The notes under the pieces were generated by a model. It was not told the DNA's origin and searched no databases. It saw only the letters and a list, made by a program, of their open reading frames with translations. From NCBI GenBank assembly GCA_965112155.1, contig OZ218098.1: a stretch of 64,000 nucleotides of DNA; one strand, given 5' to 3'. Position 1 is the first letter of the stretch, and every line of letters begins with the position of its first letter. Below, piece after piece: positions 13,841 through 27,693 of the stretch. A program made the position numbers and the translations under genes. Source of the stretch: Podarcis liolepis. Taxonomy: Eukaryota.

Positions 13841-16800
13841 TATAATGGGATTCAGTCCAACAACATCTCCAGGACCACATTCTTCCCACTCCTATGATAC
13901 TAGATACCTTGACTGCCTTGAGCAGGGATTCAGCTAGGATTCAGGAACTTTCAGACCCATGAAAGGGACTTTAAAGTGACCATCCTGCCTGATGCCTGGT
14001 GCGGGTGCCTGATGATGCCACTGAGCTTAAAGTATCAGATCGAGAAAATAGACTGTGTTCCTACAAAACTCAAGCACTCATATGATTGTACCTTCTAGGG
14101 CTTCTTTGCCATATACCTTTATTCCCAAGTTCTAGTTGCCTTGCTTAACTCTGTTAAGCTATTGTGTGAGAGCAAGATTCATGGACTTCTCATTTGCCCT
14201 CTTATATTGGACAGGAATTGATGTTAAATATGGATATGTGTTGTGGACTCAGTTAGGGACTCTAAGGATACGGCTTGTTCCATATATTAAGATTATCTTG
14301 TGATTTTTATTCAGTTGCTAATTGTTATGATGACCCTTTGGGGTTTTGTAATCTGTTCCTCTACTTAGAGATGTAACGTATCCAGGAATATAAAAGCCTA
14401 GAGAGAAAAATGTTTTTGGAGGTGAGGGGAATGGAAATTGAGGGAGGGGGAAATAATGGAAATATACAGCATTTTTATCCAACCAAACTTAAGTTAGGAA
14501 CGTGAAATCCATTATGTATAATGTAGGTAGCGGGGAAAAGTGTGGTGTTTGGCATTTTTATGGAATGTGAAAATATAAGTTCTTAATTTTAATTCAAGCA
14601 ATAAATAGAAATATTCTGCTTCTGTGAGCTTTTACACCCTAATGTGCCTGAAGAATTGTCTGCTACAAAATGTTGCAATGGGAGCGATGTAAATAGCTTT
14701 ACAGGGGTATAAGTCAAAGGCATAAGCACGTAGGCCCATCAATGGCTAGTAGTCATGGTGGCTAGATAGAACCTCGCATGTTCAGATGTAGTGCACCTTT
14801 GAATATTGGGGAACACCATTGGAAGAGAAGGCTGCCTGATTTTGGCCACGGACTGGTTGAATAATATGTTCTGAAGGAAGCAGGAGTAACTATAGACACC
14901 TATTCCACTGGCATGTTCCACTTAGCATGGAAAAGTTCTGTATGCTGTGCTGGGGGTGGGCAGAAGGATTGCTGCATCAATGCTCCACAAATCCCATTTT
15001 GCCCAGTAGAGGGGAGTGTTGCACATCTGCAGGAATCAGCCTGAGCCAGTCTGTGGCAGCGAGCCCAGGCTTACTGAACATGAGCGCATTGTCGTGCCAC
15101 TGCAAAGCTTTCTTCTTTCTGTGCCTTTCCCTCTTACCTGTGCCATAACTGCTGGCATAGATCTTGCATCTTGGCTCTTGTTTGGCATCATTTCCATGAA
15201 ACTAGTAACCAACAGGGTTTGCAGAACTGGACAATCAAAGTAGAAAAGTAGGTAGGATTTCAGGGAGTCAACAAATCTTCCCCGCTAACCTTGTGAGTAT
15301 TTACAGAGTGAATGAATGAGCAGGGCTCTTTTCCAGAACACTTAAAAAAAATAATCAATGGATTCATTCGGAAAGAGGAAAAGGAGGGTGGTGGCGGGGG
15401 GTTTGTTGCAATGAATCAGGGTCCCTGAGGGACTCTTATCCCAAACCACAGCCCATATGGTAAAGTGGCTAAGTAAGCATGATATTCTAATTATAGCTTT
15501 CTGCAGAGTGCTTACAGTTACAGTGCTAGTGAGCTCCAAAGGAAAGGCATGTGAATGAATGAAATCTCCCAAGTGGACAAAGAAAGGAAAAGGCAGATGA
15601 AGATTAAACCCACTTATTCATTCCATAACTCTGGGAGCCAGATCTACTGCTTATATTGTTACCTAGCACTCTGGGCCAAGCGACACATGGCATTTTGAGT
15701 GCAACCCTTATTTTTTCCAAAGACTGCCGTCCTGCCCCCTCCCCCCACCACAATATGGGTTCAGATCCTAGCATAGGAATTAGGGAGCTTTAACACATGC
15801 AGCTTCCAATATCAAGAATAAAATTTTCATCCCTCCTGTGCAAATTGTAGAAGAAAAACTTGTGGTGCTCAGAATCCCTTTGAAAATAACAGGCAAAACA
15901 TCTGTTCTCCCCCCAAAGAAATAAAACACAGATAAGGAAATCAAGCAATCAACACCCTCCAAAACAGAAAGCACCCACAGCAACTATCCAAAGAGGCCCC
16001 CCAATCTCAGTTTTAAAATCGTTAAATTTGGGAGGAACAGGGAACCCTGGCAGATGCCAAAGGGGCTGTCTGAGAGTGCCACATGCCTTGATACACAGGG
16101 TGCCGAAATAGACACCCCAGGACTAAAGTCCTTTCTCCGTTCAGCTAACTTTTCCACATTTATGTCTGGCATTAAAGTCAAGCAAATTAGTTACAATATA
16201 GCACGTGAAATGTTTCTGTTTTAGCCCTTGCATTATAATGTGTACTGCCACCATAGATTGAACAGAGCTGCTGTTTATATTGCTTTGTTTATATAGTTTG
16301 TTTATCCAGAAATGTCACTTGTAGTACCAGGTTTGTGCCATGATGGTTGTTTTGTGAAATGTTGCATTTATCTGGATGCCTTGAATGCATAACTGCTTTA
16401 AGTGGCGTACACATTTGATGATGGTGATGATGATGATAATGATAATGTCACAGGTGCAGAGAGGGGGTAGAATTTCTTTAGATGTGGGATCACAGGAACA
16501 AGCATGTGATGCAAGGAGAATCGCTTGGAAGCAATGTGAATAAAAATCTCAGAAATACAGTCAGGGTGTCTTCACTGCAGGATTTTAGTCCGTTCCCAAG
16601 CGTATATTTGATCTCTGGAGAATAGTTCTTACCATGAGCTTGCTGTATGCTATTGACAAGTTGAATAATCTTTTGTCCAACACCTATAAAATGGAGAATG
16701 CAAATGTCAGTGTCTTATCTGTTGGTGCCGGAGTCCTTCTGGGCAGAGACTGTTGCTCAGCAACAAACAGCATTTGGCATAGCAGAGCTCTGATGTTATA

Positions 16801-17245
16801 TTGGCTAAAGATGCTTACACTCGCTACAGTATATAGCCGTAAAATAATCGCTAGCTTAGGAAGATAGTATCTGTAATGATGGCTTTAGAGTCTGCTGCCC
16901 ATGCCCTGCACTGCCTTAGGTTTGATTGTTACAGAACACAAGCAGTGGGGAGAGGAGGAAGGTGGTGATTCAGCCAAGTGTATTTGCTGTGCTCTGAACA
17001 ATTTTCACATGACAGCAATTCCCCATGGAAGGAGAACGGATGTAGGCAAGGCAGACTGTGTGCCACGGTTGCAAGGTCACTGTGGTATAAATCAAGGACA
17101 AGCAGCCCCTGCACAAATTACATAATTCTGGGTCTTCCGTGAGCACATCCAGAGTATTTGTAATTTACCCTGAACTCCCAGAAATCCCTTCTGCTTTCCT
17201 GGGAGTAGAGTCTGTAAAACAGCTCACTGGTCATACATTTCAGTA

Positions 17246-17490
17246 CAGTGGTACCTCGGGTTAAGTACTTAATTCGTTCTTGAGGTCTGTTCTTAACCTG
17301 AAACTGTTCTTAATCTGAAGCACCACTTTAGCTAATGGGGCCTCCTGCTGCTGCCGCCGCGCCGCCGGAGCCCGGTTTCTGTTCTTATCCTGAAGCAAAG
17401 TTCTTAACCTGAAGCACTATTTCTGGCTTAGTGGAGTGTGTAACCTGAAGCATATGTAACTTGAAGCGTATGTAACCTGAGGTACTACTG
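17246..17490 (+). mobile_element. Tc1/mariner MITE, copy 2
   Basis: TA TSD, CAGTGGTACCTCGGGTTA TIR, same body as 765-990. Confidence 0.9.
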
Positions 17491-17707
17491 TATCTCCTAG
17501 GCACAACTACAAATAAAGAGCAGCCTTTTTACCCTGGAGTCTTGCTGCCCAAGTTGTAGCTGTTTATTTCCAATCAGTATGTGAACTTCATCCTCTCTCG
17601 TGTCCCTGCAGTCCCTGACCATGTTTGCCTTCCCTCTCTGCCCATTCTCACTCCCAGTATGTTTAGGAATACAGGAAGCTGCCTTATGTAGCGTCTGTCC
17701 AGTTCAG

Positions 17708-17985
17708 TTTTGTGTACACTGACTGGCCAAACCGTGGCTTATCACAAGCATATGGGTTCCTGGACAGAAGACTGTAGCCAGAGCACTCTTCCCCCAGCCT
17801 CCTTGTACTGTTTGACTGAGTTTGTTGACCAAGCCACAAGCAGTAACCCAGGTTTGTTCTTGGGTTTACATCTTGTTGTTTGTCTGGATGAGACAAACTG
17901 AGGGAGGAGCGCAGTGGCCAGGATCTCTATGGCAGCTTGCGGGTTCATGGTAAGCCATGGTTTGGCTTAGTTTAATGTGCAAACC
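17708..17985. mobile_element. Degenerate long-inverted-repeat MITE (possibly PIF/Harbinger-like)
   Basis: GCCAAACCGTGGCTTA at ~17726 pairs with TAAGCCATGGTTTGGC at ~17951; family assignment tentative. Confidence 0.5.
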
Positions 17986-19388
17986 AACTCACTATCACAT
18001 TCCCCCTGTAGGTGTGGACAGGCAGGAGGCCTGCAGGATCATTTAATTTTTACTCAACCCCTGAGGTCCTCCAGCCAGAGCAAGCTGCAAAATAGTGGCT
18101 TAAGGGAACAGAGACAAATGCAAAATGATGGCTTGGGGACAAAGCCAGTTACTTGCATATAAAATTAGCTTACCTACATCTGAGTTATTACTGAGACAGG
18201 ATTCTAACAACCCAGTTTAACAGCAGAAGATAGGCAGTTTTGCTATTAACACTGTTAAACATTTGAGAGTCAGAAACCTTTGACAATCTAACTGAAAATA
18301 TGCCAGGAGATCCTGATCTAATTCCATCCACCTGACCCCAGTGTAAGGGATTGGATGTTGGGCTTGGATTTGGGATTAACAGGTTCAATGCTTAATCAAG
18401 CACACGGCAGAATTATGAGGATAAAATGAGCTGCCTTGAGCTCCTTAGAGAATAAGCATGATAAAAAACCTCATTTTTAAACTAAAAAATCAGTATAAGT
18501 GTCTTGTAAATGTTCTCTCAGCGTTCTCCAATACAATCCTTTGTGTATTTTGCAGAACCTTTGCCATTGAAGAAAAAATGGCTTATCAGACTCCATATAC
18601 GTTTCTGTTTCACATTCACATATCCCAACTTGCACATATATTCGGTTTCTCAGGCGTGTGCATGCACACCCACCCCATTACATTCAGGGAGGGGAGTGAG
18701 CCCGTTCCCAGAAGTTGCTGGTAATTTCCTTCCTGAGGTTTTGGCAAAGATTCTTATGTGTGTTTTTGCTGTGGCGTCATGAACTGCATGCCCTGGCGCC
18801 TGCCAATTCACTAATGTCAAACACAGACCACTAATGTGCTGGGTGGAGGAGAGGAACTGAAATGTAGAACACTGGGTCACGGCTGCTGAGTTTTATGTGG
18901 AAAGCATGACTCAAAATAAGAAAAAGGCTGCTGAAAACTTAAAAGAGGAAGGCAGAGCAGATTTCTAACACACACACACACAAAATTTCCTCTTTGGTCT
19001 AATGTACAGGCTATTAATTTAGACTAAATGGTTCAGTGCCTGGGTGGTCTGAAGCTTACTTTGGTGTCAATTTCCAAAGGTATACCTGCCCAAACATGCA
19101 AACATCTATTTTAAGATATAACATTGTAACATACATCCATGACTACCAGGAAAGGTTCATATTCTTCACATTTGTTTCTTTACAGAAGTTTTCCTGTGCA
19201 AATGTATTGTTTTTCTGTGGTCCTGTTTTCTAACATTTTATGTTTCAAGAGAGTGAGCATGTCTTACGTTGAGAAGTGGATATAAGGGGAATATTTCATA
19301 GAATCTGTTGAAACTGTAATGGATTCAGTTATTAAAATTTCAATTGAACAGCCATTAAATGCTACAATTGGCATACATAGGGGTAATC

Positions 19389-19854
19389 CATGAGTAGGCA
19401 AACTAAGGCCCAGGGGCTGGATCCGGCCCAATCGCCTTCTAAATCTGGCCTGCAGACGGTCCGGGAATCAGCGTGTTTTTACATGAGTAGAATGTGTGCT
19501 TTTATTTAAAATGCATCTCTCTGTTATTTGGAATTCATTCTTCCCCCCCCCAAAAAAATATATATATATACCAATCCGTAGGCATGCCACCCGTAGGCAT
19601 TCCCTCCATAACACGCACAGATATTTCCCCTTACTTTTTAGGAGGAAAAAAGTGAGTGTTATGGNNNNNNNNNNNNNNNNNNNNNNNNNNNNNNNNNNNN
19701 NNNNNNNNNNNNNNNNNNNNNNNNNNNNNNNNNNNNNNNNNNNNNNNNNNNNNNNNNNNNNNNNNNNNNNNNNNNNNNNNNNNNNNNNNNNNNNNNNNNN
19801 NAGGTCTGAGGGACAGTGGACCTGCCCCCTGCCGAAAAAGTTTGCTTATCCCTG
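19389..19854 (+). mobile_element. hAT MITE (CATGGGTAGGCAAAC family) spanning an assembly gap
   Basis: 8-bp TSD GGGTAATC at 19381-19388 and 19855-19862; body shared with copies at 27453, 37314 and 51200. Confidence 0.85.
19665..19801. other. Assembly gap (137 N)
   Basis: Run of N. Confidence 1.
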
Positions 19855-22202
19855 GGGTAATCCATCACCTCCTCCAGGTGTTTTCCTCTTATGTAATCAG
19901 GGTTCCAGATGACAGGGAGAGCCCACATGCATTTGGCAGGCTTGCTGGTTGCAGACATTTTCCTGGTGAATGGGTGTTGTCCCAGTGCAAGGATGTGTGG
20001 TCTGCTGGTGTGGCCCTGTTCTCCCTCTCAAGTAATTTAATTACATGAGCAGGGACACAGGAAGGGGGCTTACTTCTCTGGTATGAGAAATGTGGGAGGA
20101 TTGTAGAAAACTTCACAGTGAGGGAAGTGACATCCAGTACCTGCACTTACACCCAAGTAATCATGCATAGGATTGTTCTGAAAGCACCCACAATTCATTG
20201 GCCCACCAAATTCAGTGGGACTTATAGGAAACCTGTTTAGACAACTTGTCTGCCAGGTAGTACCAATAATGTCAATATAGTGTAATCATCACTACATCAG
20301 TAAGATCATCATCATCACCATCATCTCATAACTGATTTTGTTGTATTCTGGTATGGGGGCCCCCATGATGAGTGCATGTGGGGACAATTGGATATGAAGG
20401 CAGCATCCATGCATTTTTTCAGGCATGCAGTTTCCATACATACATGTCAGGAGAGACCCAGTTTGTCCCTGACCATTGCTCACTTATATTTTAAATTCAG
20501 GTAGGTAGCCATGTTGGTCTGAAGAGGGCCATAGCATGCATTGATGGGTGCTTCCTTCATACTGGATGGGCTGTACCTGTGTATGGTACTTTTATTGGGA
20601 AGTCATATCTCAGTAGAAAGAGGAGGAGGAGGAGGCCTTTAAGAATCTTTGTGCTAGCATTTCTTCTAGGGCACAAAAAATGAAAGAAAACATCTGAGCC
20701 AAAATTGTGTTTTTAAAATCTTCTAGGTAACTTTTTTTATTTAAAAATCTCATTAATCAGATGAATATGTGCAAATGTGACTATGTTTTCATCGGCAAGA
20801 AGCAATAGCCAAAGCCCAGATGGTTAAGCCCATAGATAAAGATCTGTTTCAGATAGACTAGTCTTCATACCTATATAGAAAACCAGCAGAAAGGCTGCTG
20901 GTAAGCAGCAGTATCCTCTTTTACCCTTGATATCTTGTGGTAAGGATACAAAGCACTCCCACTGGCCTCAGAAACCCCATTTGGAATTTCCCTGCCACTG
21001 ACAGCCATTAAAATCTATTGGCTTATGCAACCGGGTGAGCTTGCTGCAGTGAGAATTCCCCACTTGTAGCAAGAGTTCAATCACTGCTACAGCTCCACAG
21101 TCAGCAGGGCTAGGACTCCAGGCTGTCTTACCCTTGATGGTGCTGCTTGCTTGCTGGGATGCCTTGGGCACACACACCTGCTGTATGGCTCTGCTTTGCT
21201 GTCTTTCATAATGCTTTTATCATACCTCATACCTCTGCATGTAGCGACTTGGTGCCCATGTTACCTGCAGGGAATATAGCAGCTCATAGTGCCAGAGGAT
21301 TGACATGGGGTAGAAGGGATTCCTCCTGCAGCCCCAGCTCTCAGCAAGCAGGTATAGGTGGGAGGATGCGAGATGGGAAGGAGGAGGAGAGTTCTTCTTC
21401 TTCATTTCTCAGGCAGTAGGTAGGTTGCCAGTACTGCTTTGCAAGTACATGTAAACAGCCCTGCCTGCTGCCCACCCTTTGCAGGAGGAGCAAGCCTGTT
21501 GATTTAGATGGATTTCCTGACGTCACAAGAAGCGGTGAAGAAGTGAATGGAGCCAACATTTTTTCTGCATTACGTACCCCCTCTCCCTCCCAGCGCTGCT
21601 ATTCCTGCAGGAGCCTGACTGTTCTTTAACCTCTGCTGATTCCAGAGCAACATCTGCAGCCCCTCCCTCAACACCTCTGTGCTTTTATTATAATTGGCTT
21701 ATCAAGCATGTTGCCTGAAAGTCCTCTTAAGTTCATGCTGTCAGCAAGGATGGTGTTGGGCTGGAGGAGGCAAGGGAGCCCTCACCAGCCTCTTTCCCCT
21801 TTTATGTTTGCTTACAGGGGTGGTGAAGAGTTGGCATGTGCCGGACCCAAGTGCTGACACCGAAGCTGCCTTTGGTGCTTCTGTGCAGCTCGGCAGGGGC
21901 CACCTACTCCGCTCTGGAGAGAGGACCAGGCGTGCATTGTTTGATTGCTAATAGGAATGGGAGAGACAGATTTCCTGGGGAGGGTGGGGCAGAGCTAGTC
22001 AAGAATAGGATCGTGCTTCAGCATCAATGGCACAAATCACAACTTACGTCACTGGTGCTTGAAACAGTTTATGGAATTGGTTATTTAAAGTCTGAGTCAA
22101 GTAGCTCTTTTGAGACAGTTGGCAGCAGTGTTTTCCCTTGTTTCCTCCTCTAACAAAAAATGGGTGCTATGAGCTGGGGTGTACCATGATGAGGGCCAGC
22201 AC

Positions 22203-22312
22203 CATGGGCATAGCCAGGATTTTTTATGTGGGAGCAGAACCTCATATTTGTATTGATTTGAATTGATTTAGGGGGCAGCTGCCCCCCTATCCCCCCCTTG
22301 GCTATGCCCATG
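22203..22312. mobile_element. Short hAT-type MITE
   Basis: Perfect TIR CATGGGCATAGCCA / TGGCTATGCCCATG; degenerate 8-bp TSD (GCCAGCAC / ACCAGTGC). Confidence 0.75.
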
Positions 22313-24122
22313 ACCAGTGCACTTACTAATAGTAGAACCATTAGCATTATCATGTCACACTAGCTTGAAAGATGCTCCAAATAGTGCGTGATCAGTTGCG
22401 CACAGTACCTGTGGCTCTGTTACTACCTGACTCTAGTGATAAATGAAACTAACAACACATGATGTATCTCTGTAAGACTTACTTATACTTCCTCACAGTG
22501 CTAAGTCAGTGCTAAGTCAGATGTATTCACCTCAGGTGGTGGCCCAGAAGGCCTGTTATTTAAAAACAAACAAACCCTAATTTCCAACTAGAGGCCTCTT
22601 TCTGTGTTATCCTGAAGCAAGCAAACCAGATCCTCAGCTTTGCCCTGAATATACAAGACAAGGTTGTGGGTGCTGAATCTGTCTGATGCTAGCAGAGGGG
22701 AAGTTACAGATTGGGCCCTGGCTTGGTGGAGACCAAAGGACTTGCTGAAAGTATGACTCTGCTCTCAGTTTCCCATAGCTCTGAAGTAGCTCTTGCTTGA
22801 AAATTAGGGAGCATAATTTGGTGGTAGCCTACTTAGGACTAAAATGCACAAATCCTGCCTGGTTCTGCATCACAGGACTGATGGGGTGGTTCTGACGGTT
22901 GGCTTTTCAAGTGCAGCATCCTTTATGCTTTCATAGATGCAGCCTGGGAGTGTGGAATAGCCACATCTTTCTCATGGGAGGTACACTGCAGGCACATGAG
23001 GAGTAACCTAGGGCAATTCATGTGAGAAGCCTAAGGCCATTCACAAGAGAAGTGGATGTGTGCACAGCCTAGAAAAATAAAACAGTTAACACTAAGAGTT
23101 GTGTGGAATTAGACTTTGAAGTAAAATAAAATAGAGGACTAAATTCAGCCTGCATTTGAGCACAGGATGAATAGTTCACAACAGTTCAAGACATAGGTTA
23201 TAAAGAATTCAGTATTCTGCAACTGAATGAGCTACTTCTGAAGCTCTGACTGAGTCCCTCCCACACCCACACTCTTGGTCACCAAGCTGTGCTAAAGCCT
23301 TTTGTACCTTTTCTCAAGCCAGTAGCTTTTCATCTGGCCGGGTATACATGTGAGCTCATCAGCCATCTTCTTCCCCACTCTAGAGCTTGTACCAGTTCTG
23401 TGAAGAATGTTTAGATTTTTCCATCCCTCTTTTTTTTCTAAATTTAGAGCACCCATTTAACACTCATGATTTGGAAAGAATGTGGCATGGTAATAATTGA
23501 TGAGTGATCTCTCCATCCCCCAGCTCTTCAGCAAACACATTGCCTTTGACAGGTCTGGCCATACTCCCAGACCACTTGCAAACCTGCAGTGCTATGGAGA
23601 GCCTGCGTCTTTCAGAGGCATATCATACATGCCCATTTCTCCTCCACTCCTATTTCCCCAAACTCAGTAGATCCGTTTATTTTCTTTACCTCCTGTGGGA
23701 TATATATATCAGGAAGGGTTGAAAGCACATTAGCAGCTGTGAAGAAATACTTCTATATTCACCTGACAAGTCAGGAGCCAATATTTGTGTCGGCCCATTT
23801 AATTTCCCCCCCATTTGTTTATGTGGGGTTGTTTAATGGTGCCTGGTAAATGAAGCAAAACAGGACCCCAATATTTACAAGTATGTGCAAAGGAAATGGT
23901 CAAACCAGTAGCATAGACGTATATAGTTTATTTGAACTTCCTAAATGGGCCTATAGATGTCCTTCTCTGGAATCTATTAAAAAGGGTAAGTATCATAGAG
24001 GTAAGATCTAAAAGTTTAGTAATGGGTTAGAAATTGGCTAAGCACTAAAAAGTAAAACAGAAGAGAAGGGTCAGATGCTTAGAGCAGAAAGTTATCAGTG
24101 GGAAAGGCCTGTAATTCTGATA

Positions 24123-24337
24123 CAGTGGTACCTCAGGTTACAGATGCTTCAGGTTACAGGCTCCGCTAACCCAGAAATAGTACCGCAGGTTAAGAACTTT
24201 ACTTCAGGATGAGAACAGAAATCGTGCGGTGGCAGTGGGAGGCCCCATTAGCTAAAGTGGTACCTCAGGTTGAGAACAGTTTCAGGTTAAGAATGGACCT
24301 CCAGAACGAATTAAGTTCTTAACCCGAGGTACCACTG
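24123..24337 (-). mobile_element. Tc1/mariner MITE, copy 3 (inverted)
   Basis: TA TSD, same TIRs, reverse complement of the family body. Confidence 0.9.
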
Positions 24338-27300
24338 TACAGCTTTCAAAAGATGTACTAATTGTTGATCACATGGCAGCACATAAAGATAACAAAACAA
24401 CTTTCCCCTGCATCAAACTATACTGTTTGAGATGTTCTTTAAAAAGAAACAAAACAAAAAAAGCTTTTTCAAATCCATTCACTTTTCAGATACTTGGAAA
24501 GTTTGTTTTTTTTAAAAAAAAAAGTTTAGCACTGTGAAGTGGTCCATTGCTGCTGTATACATGATAACTGAACATCTAAGCTTTTATCTTACCTTGGGCC
24601 AGCAATAAGTAGAATGTGACAGTGAAAGAGGTATAGACAGGGTTTGGGGGTTTTTTAACTGCAACTTTTTAATTAAATCTTAGTAAAGCTGCCAACACAA
24701 ACTTGATAAACTGCTCTTTCAACTGGCAGAGTCATTGTGTTGACTTGAGATGTTGGTGTTTCTTTTTCATGCACTGCTTAATTGGCTAACTTGTATGTCC
24801 AGCTTTTGATCTTCCTTGCAGCCATCATGCTTTAGGGCAGTGATACATGTTGTGTATCAGTCTTAATGGATAAGATACTTTCAAGGCAAGTGATTGAGGA
24901 GGTGGCACTCAGTACCCCATTAATGCTGGAGAGCATTGTGTTGTGAGTCCAAATATGGTGTGCAGAAAGGGAGAGCTTTGAAACTTGGCATCCTAATTTA
25001 ATTCCATCTTGTTTTAATATGCTGCCAATCCATGTTCTCTGCACTGAATTCCATTCTAGCTAATGTTTGGTGACAGATTATATCATGCCTTTAGATATGG
25101 TTTGTTAAGGGATTTGGCATTTCCAGTTCGCTACATTTTCCACAGGACCGGCCTGTAAGGAAACTACAGGAACGTGGACAAAGATATTTTGAAAACATGT
25201 AAATACTGTACTTGGGAGCCACAAGGCATTATTGGAAATTTTACAGAAGAAAACTTCTAGGCTTGGTTTGGATTTGTCTAATAAATCAGTTTCCAGCAAA
25301 AACAGTGAAGCACGTTTTGCATAGTGAAATAGTGAACGTTCCCTATGACATAAGCTTTCATGAACAAGATCCCACTTTATCGAATGCATGATAATAGATA
25401 AAAGTTCAGGGGTTTGTCGGATATGACCATTAAGGTATCAGTTAAGTTTTCTAAAGGAATTATCCTTTGTGCATCCATGTTTCACACTTACGTTAACTCT
25501 CAGGACAGGAGTGGTTCATCATTGACATGACTACTTACTGTACTGAGATAGAAACAGTAGTTTGTGCATAAATGGTGGGGAAGAGAATGGGAATATGTTC
25601 TTGGGTTGGCCCAGAAGCTGAGGTTGCAGCTGCTGTCTGCTTAGGCGGCAGCCTCCTTAAAAGCTTGTTAACAGCAGGTGTTAATGAAGTGCTAATGAAG
25701 CAGTTTGCCAGAAGCAAACCAAAGGCGCTCACTAGCCTCTTCATCTCAACAGGAACCTCAATGGTCCCCTAGTACAAACTGGTTTATTAGATGGAGTCAA
25801 ATAACCTGTAACAGATGCAGCTTTTACTTCTGGAAAGTGGGTTAGCAACACACTGATCATTTGTAGTTGCCTAGCGACTGTTACACACACACACACACCA
25901 ATGGAATACTGTCCCAACGCAAGCAGTACTGATACTTGCACAATTCTATTTTCCAGTGAAATTCCAATAGAGATTATTCCAAGTGATCTTGTTCAATATC
26001 ACTGAGTATCCACAAAGAATCATAGTTGGTGGTGATGGCTTTTAGTTTAATACTGAAAGTTCAGGTGATTGCTTCCACATTGGGCATGTACTGTGGTGTT
26101 GCCATACTTTGTTTACCCACTTTTTATGGGGCATCTACATGATCTCATGTACAAAACCCTCCCTCTTAGTCCTGTTCAGCTTGGTTCCCCCCGACCAAGT
26201 TCAGAAAATGGTTGTTGTTTTTAGAGCAATGACATAGCAGCACAATTTCCCCTTATGTACACAGCATATCGTGCTCCTATGCTGTTCAGTTGTGGTGTAT
26301 ATTTCTGCTTGTGGGTGGGCGCCATTCAGCCAGTTATGTGGCATCTGTGATGGGGATTAATGTGGACCTAGTGGCATTAGTCACAGTGGCATGGAGGTAT
26401 GGCCTTTGGTCCATTGAAGCAGAGACAGAAAGTCTTCCAAAGCATACCCTATCTGTTCACAGTCAAACAATAGATTATCTTTGTCTTGAACAAGCATGTG
26501 TAAGTGAAATGTTTCATTGCCGCACAGCACCCTGATATTGCAGTATATAAATGGTGGCATATAATTACTTTTAAATAAAACTAAAGGTGAAATGTGTAGT
26601 ACTAATGCCCAGCAACTTGGAAGAAGAACTAATTTTCAGCTCTGTACAGAGAATTATGATTTTAGTGTTTTTCCCCTGCTGCCCCCCCCCTTTAAAGTAA
26701 GCTCAGGAATATGCTGCAAGCTCAAGGCTTGGTAGCGTGGCCTTTTCAAGGCTGGACCCACAACGGTAGAAAACCCTTATGCCAAAAAAGGAAGAAGAAG
26801 GAAAAAAACCACCAGTCCCACTTGGCTGTCCTCCTTTTTTGGAGAGCTGTAAATACTTTTCTCTTTTCTTTTCTTTTCTTTTGGACGCTCTCTCCAGTCA
26901 GTCGGTGGTTGGGAGTTGTCATTGTGACCTCCAATTTTACGTGGAAATTGATTTGAACTTCTTATAGGTTTACATTCATAATTCCTTTATTCATTTGGAT
27001 TAGAAATTCCATAATATTTTGTTATGCTTTGAGGTTATAAATGCATACATGTCAGTAAAAGCCAGTGGCTTCACAGTGGAAGCCTTAACCAGTCAGGTAT
27101 CAAAACGGCACATGAAAAGCCCCTGTCTTTGCCTGTCCTGTCTAGCCCCCTGAAACACAGCTTGTAAACTACAGGTCCTGCATGCAGAATCTTGAAGCTC
27201 TGACAAAGACTGTGTTAGCTCCCAATCTGCCAGTTCTGCTCTCTTCCCCCCACCCTCTTTCCTCTTATGCTTCCTGAAACAACTCAGAATGGGGTGCCTG

Positions 27301-27452
27301 TGTGAGCACACCCTGATCAGTCCCTTCAAGGAAAGGGAATGGATTAAGGTGAGATGCAGCAGGAAGAGGGATGTCTTCCCTGGTTTTTTCTTTTCTCTTT
27401 TCTTCTAGAAACATCATACAGAAGATAGGAGAATGGTGGCTATGTTTGCTGT

Positions 27453-27693
27453 CAGGGGCCAGCAAACCTTTTCAGCAGGGGGCCAGTCCACTGTCCCTCA
27501 GACCTTGTGGGGGGGGGCAGACTATATTTTGAAAAAAATACAAATGCCCCACAAATAGCCCAGAGATGCATTTTAAATAAAAGCACACATTCTACTCATG
27601 TAAAAACACGCTGATTCCCGGACCGTCCACAGGCCAGATTTAGAAGGCGATTGGGCCAGATCCGGCCCCCAGGCCTTAGGTTGCCTACCCATG
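27453..27693 (-). mobile_element. hAT MITE (CATGGGTAGGCAAAC family)
   Basis: Reverse complement of the 51200-51524 body; TSD not evident. Confidence 0.85.
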
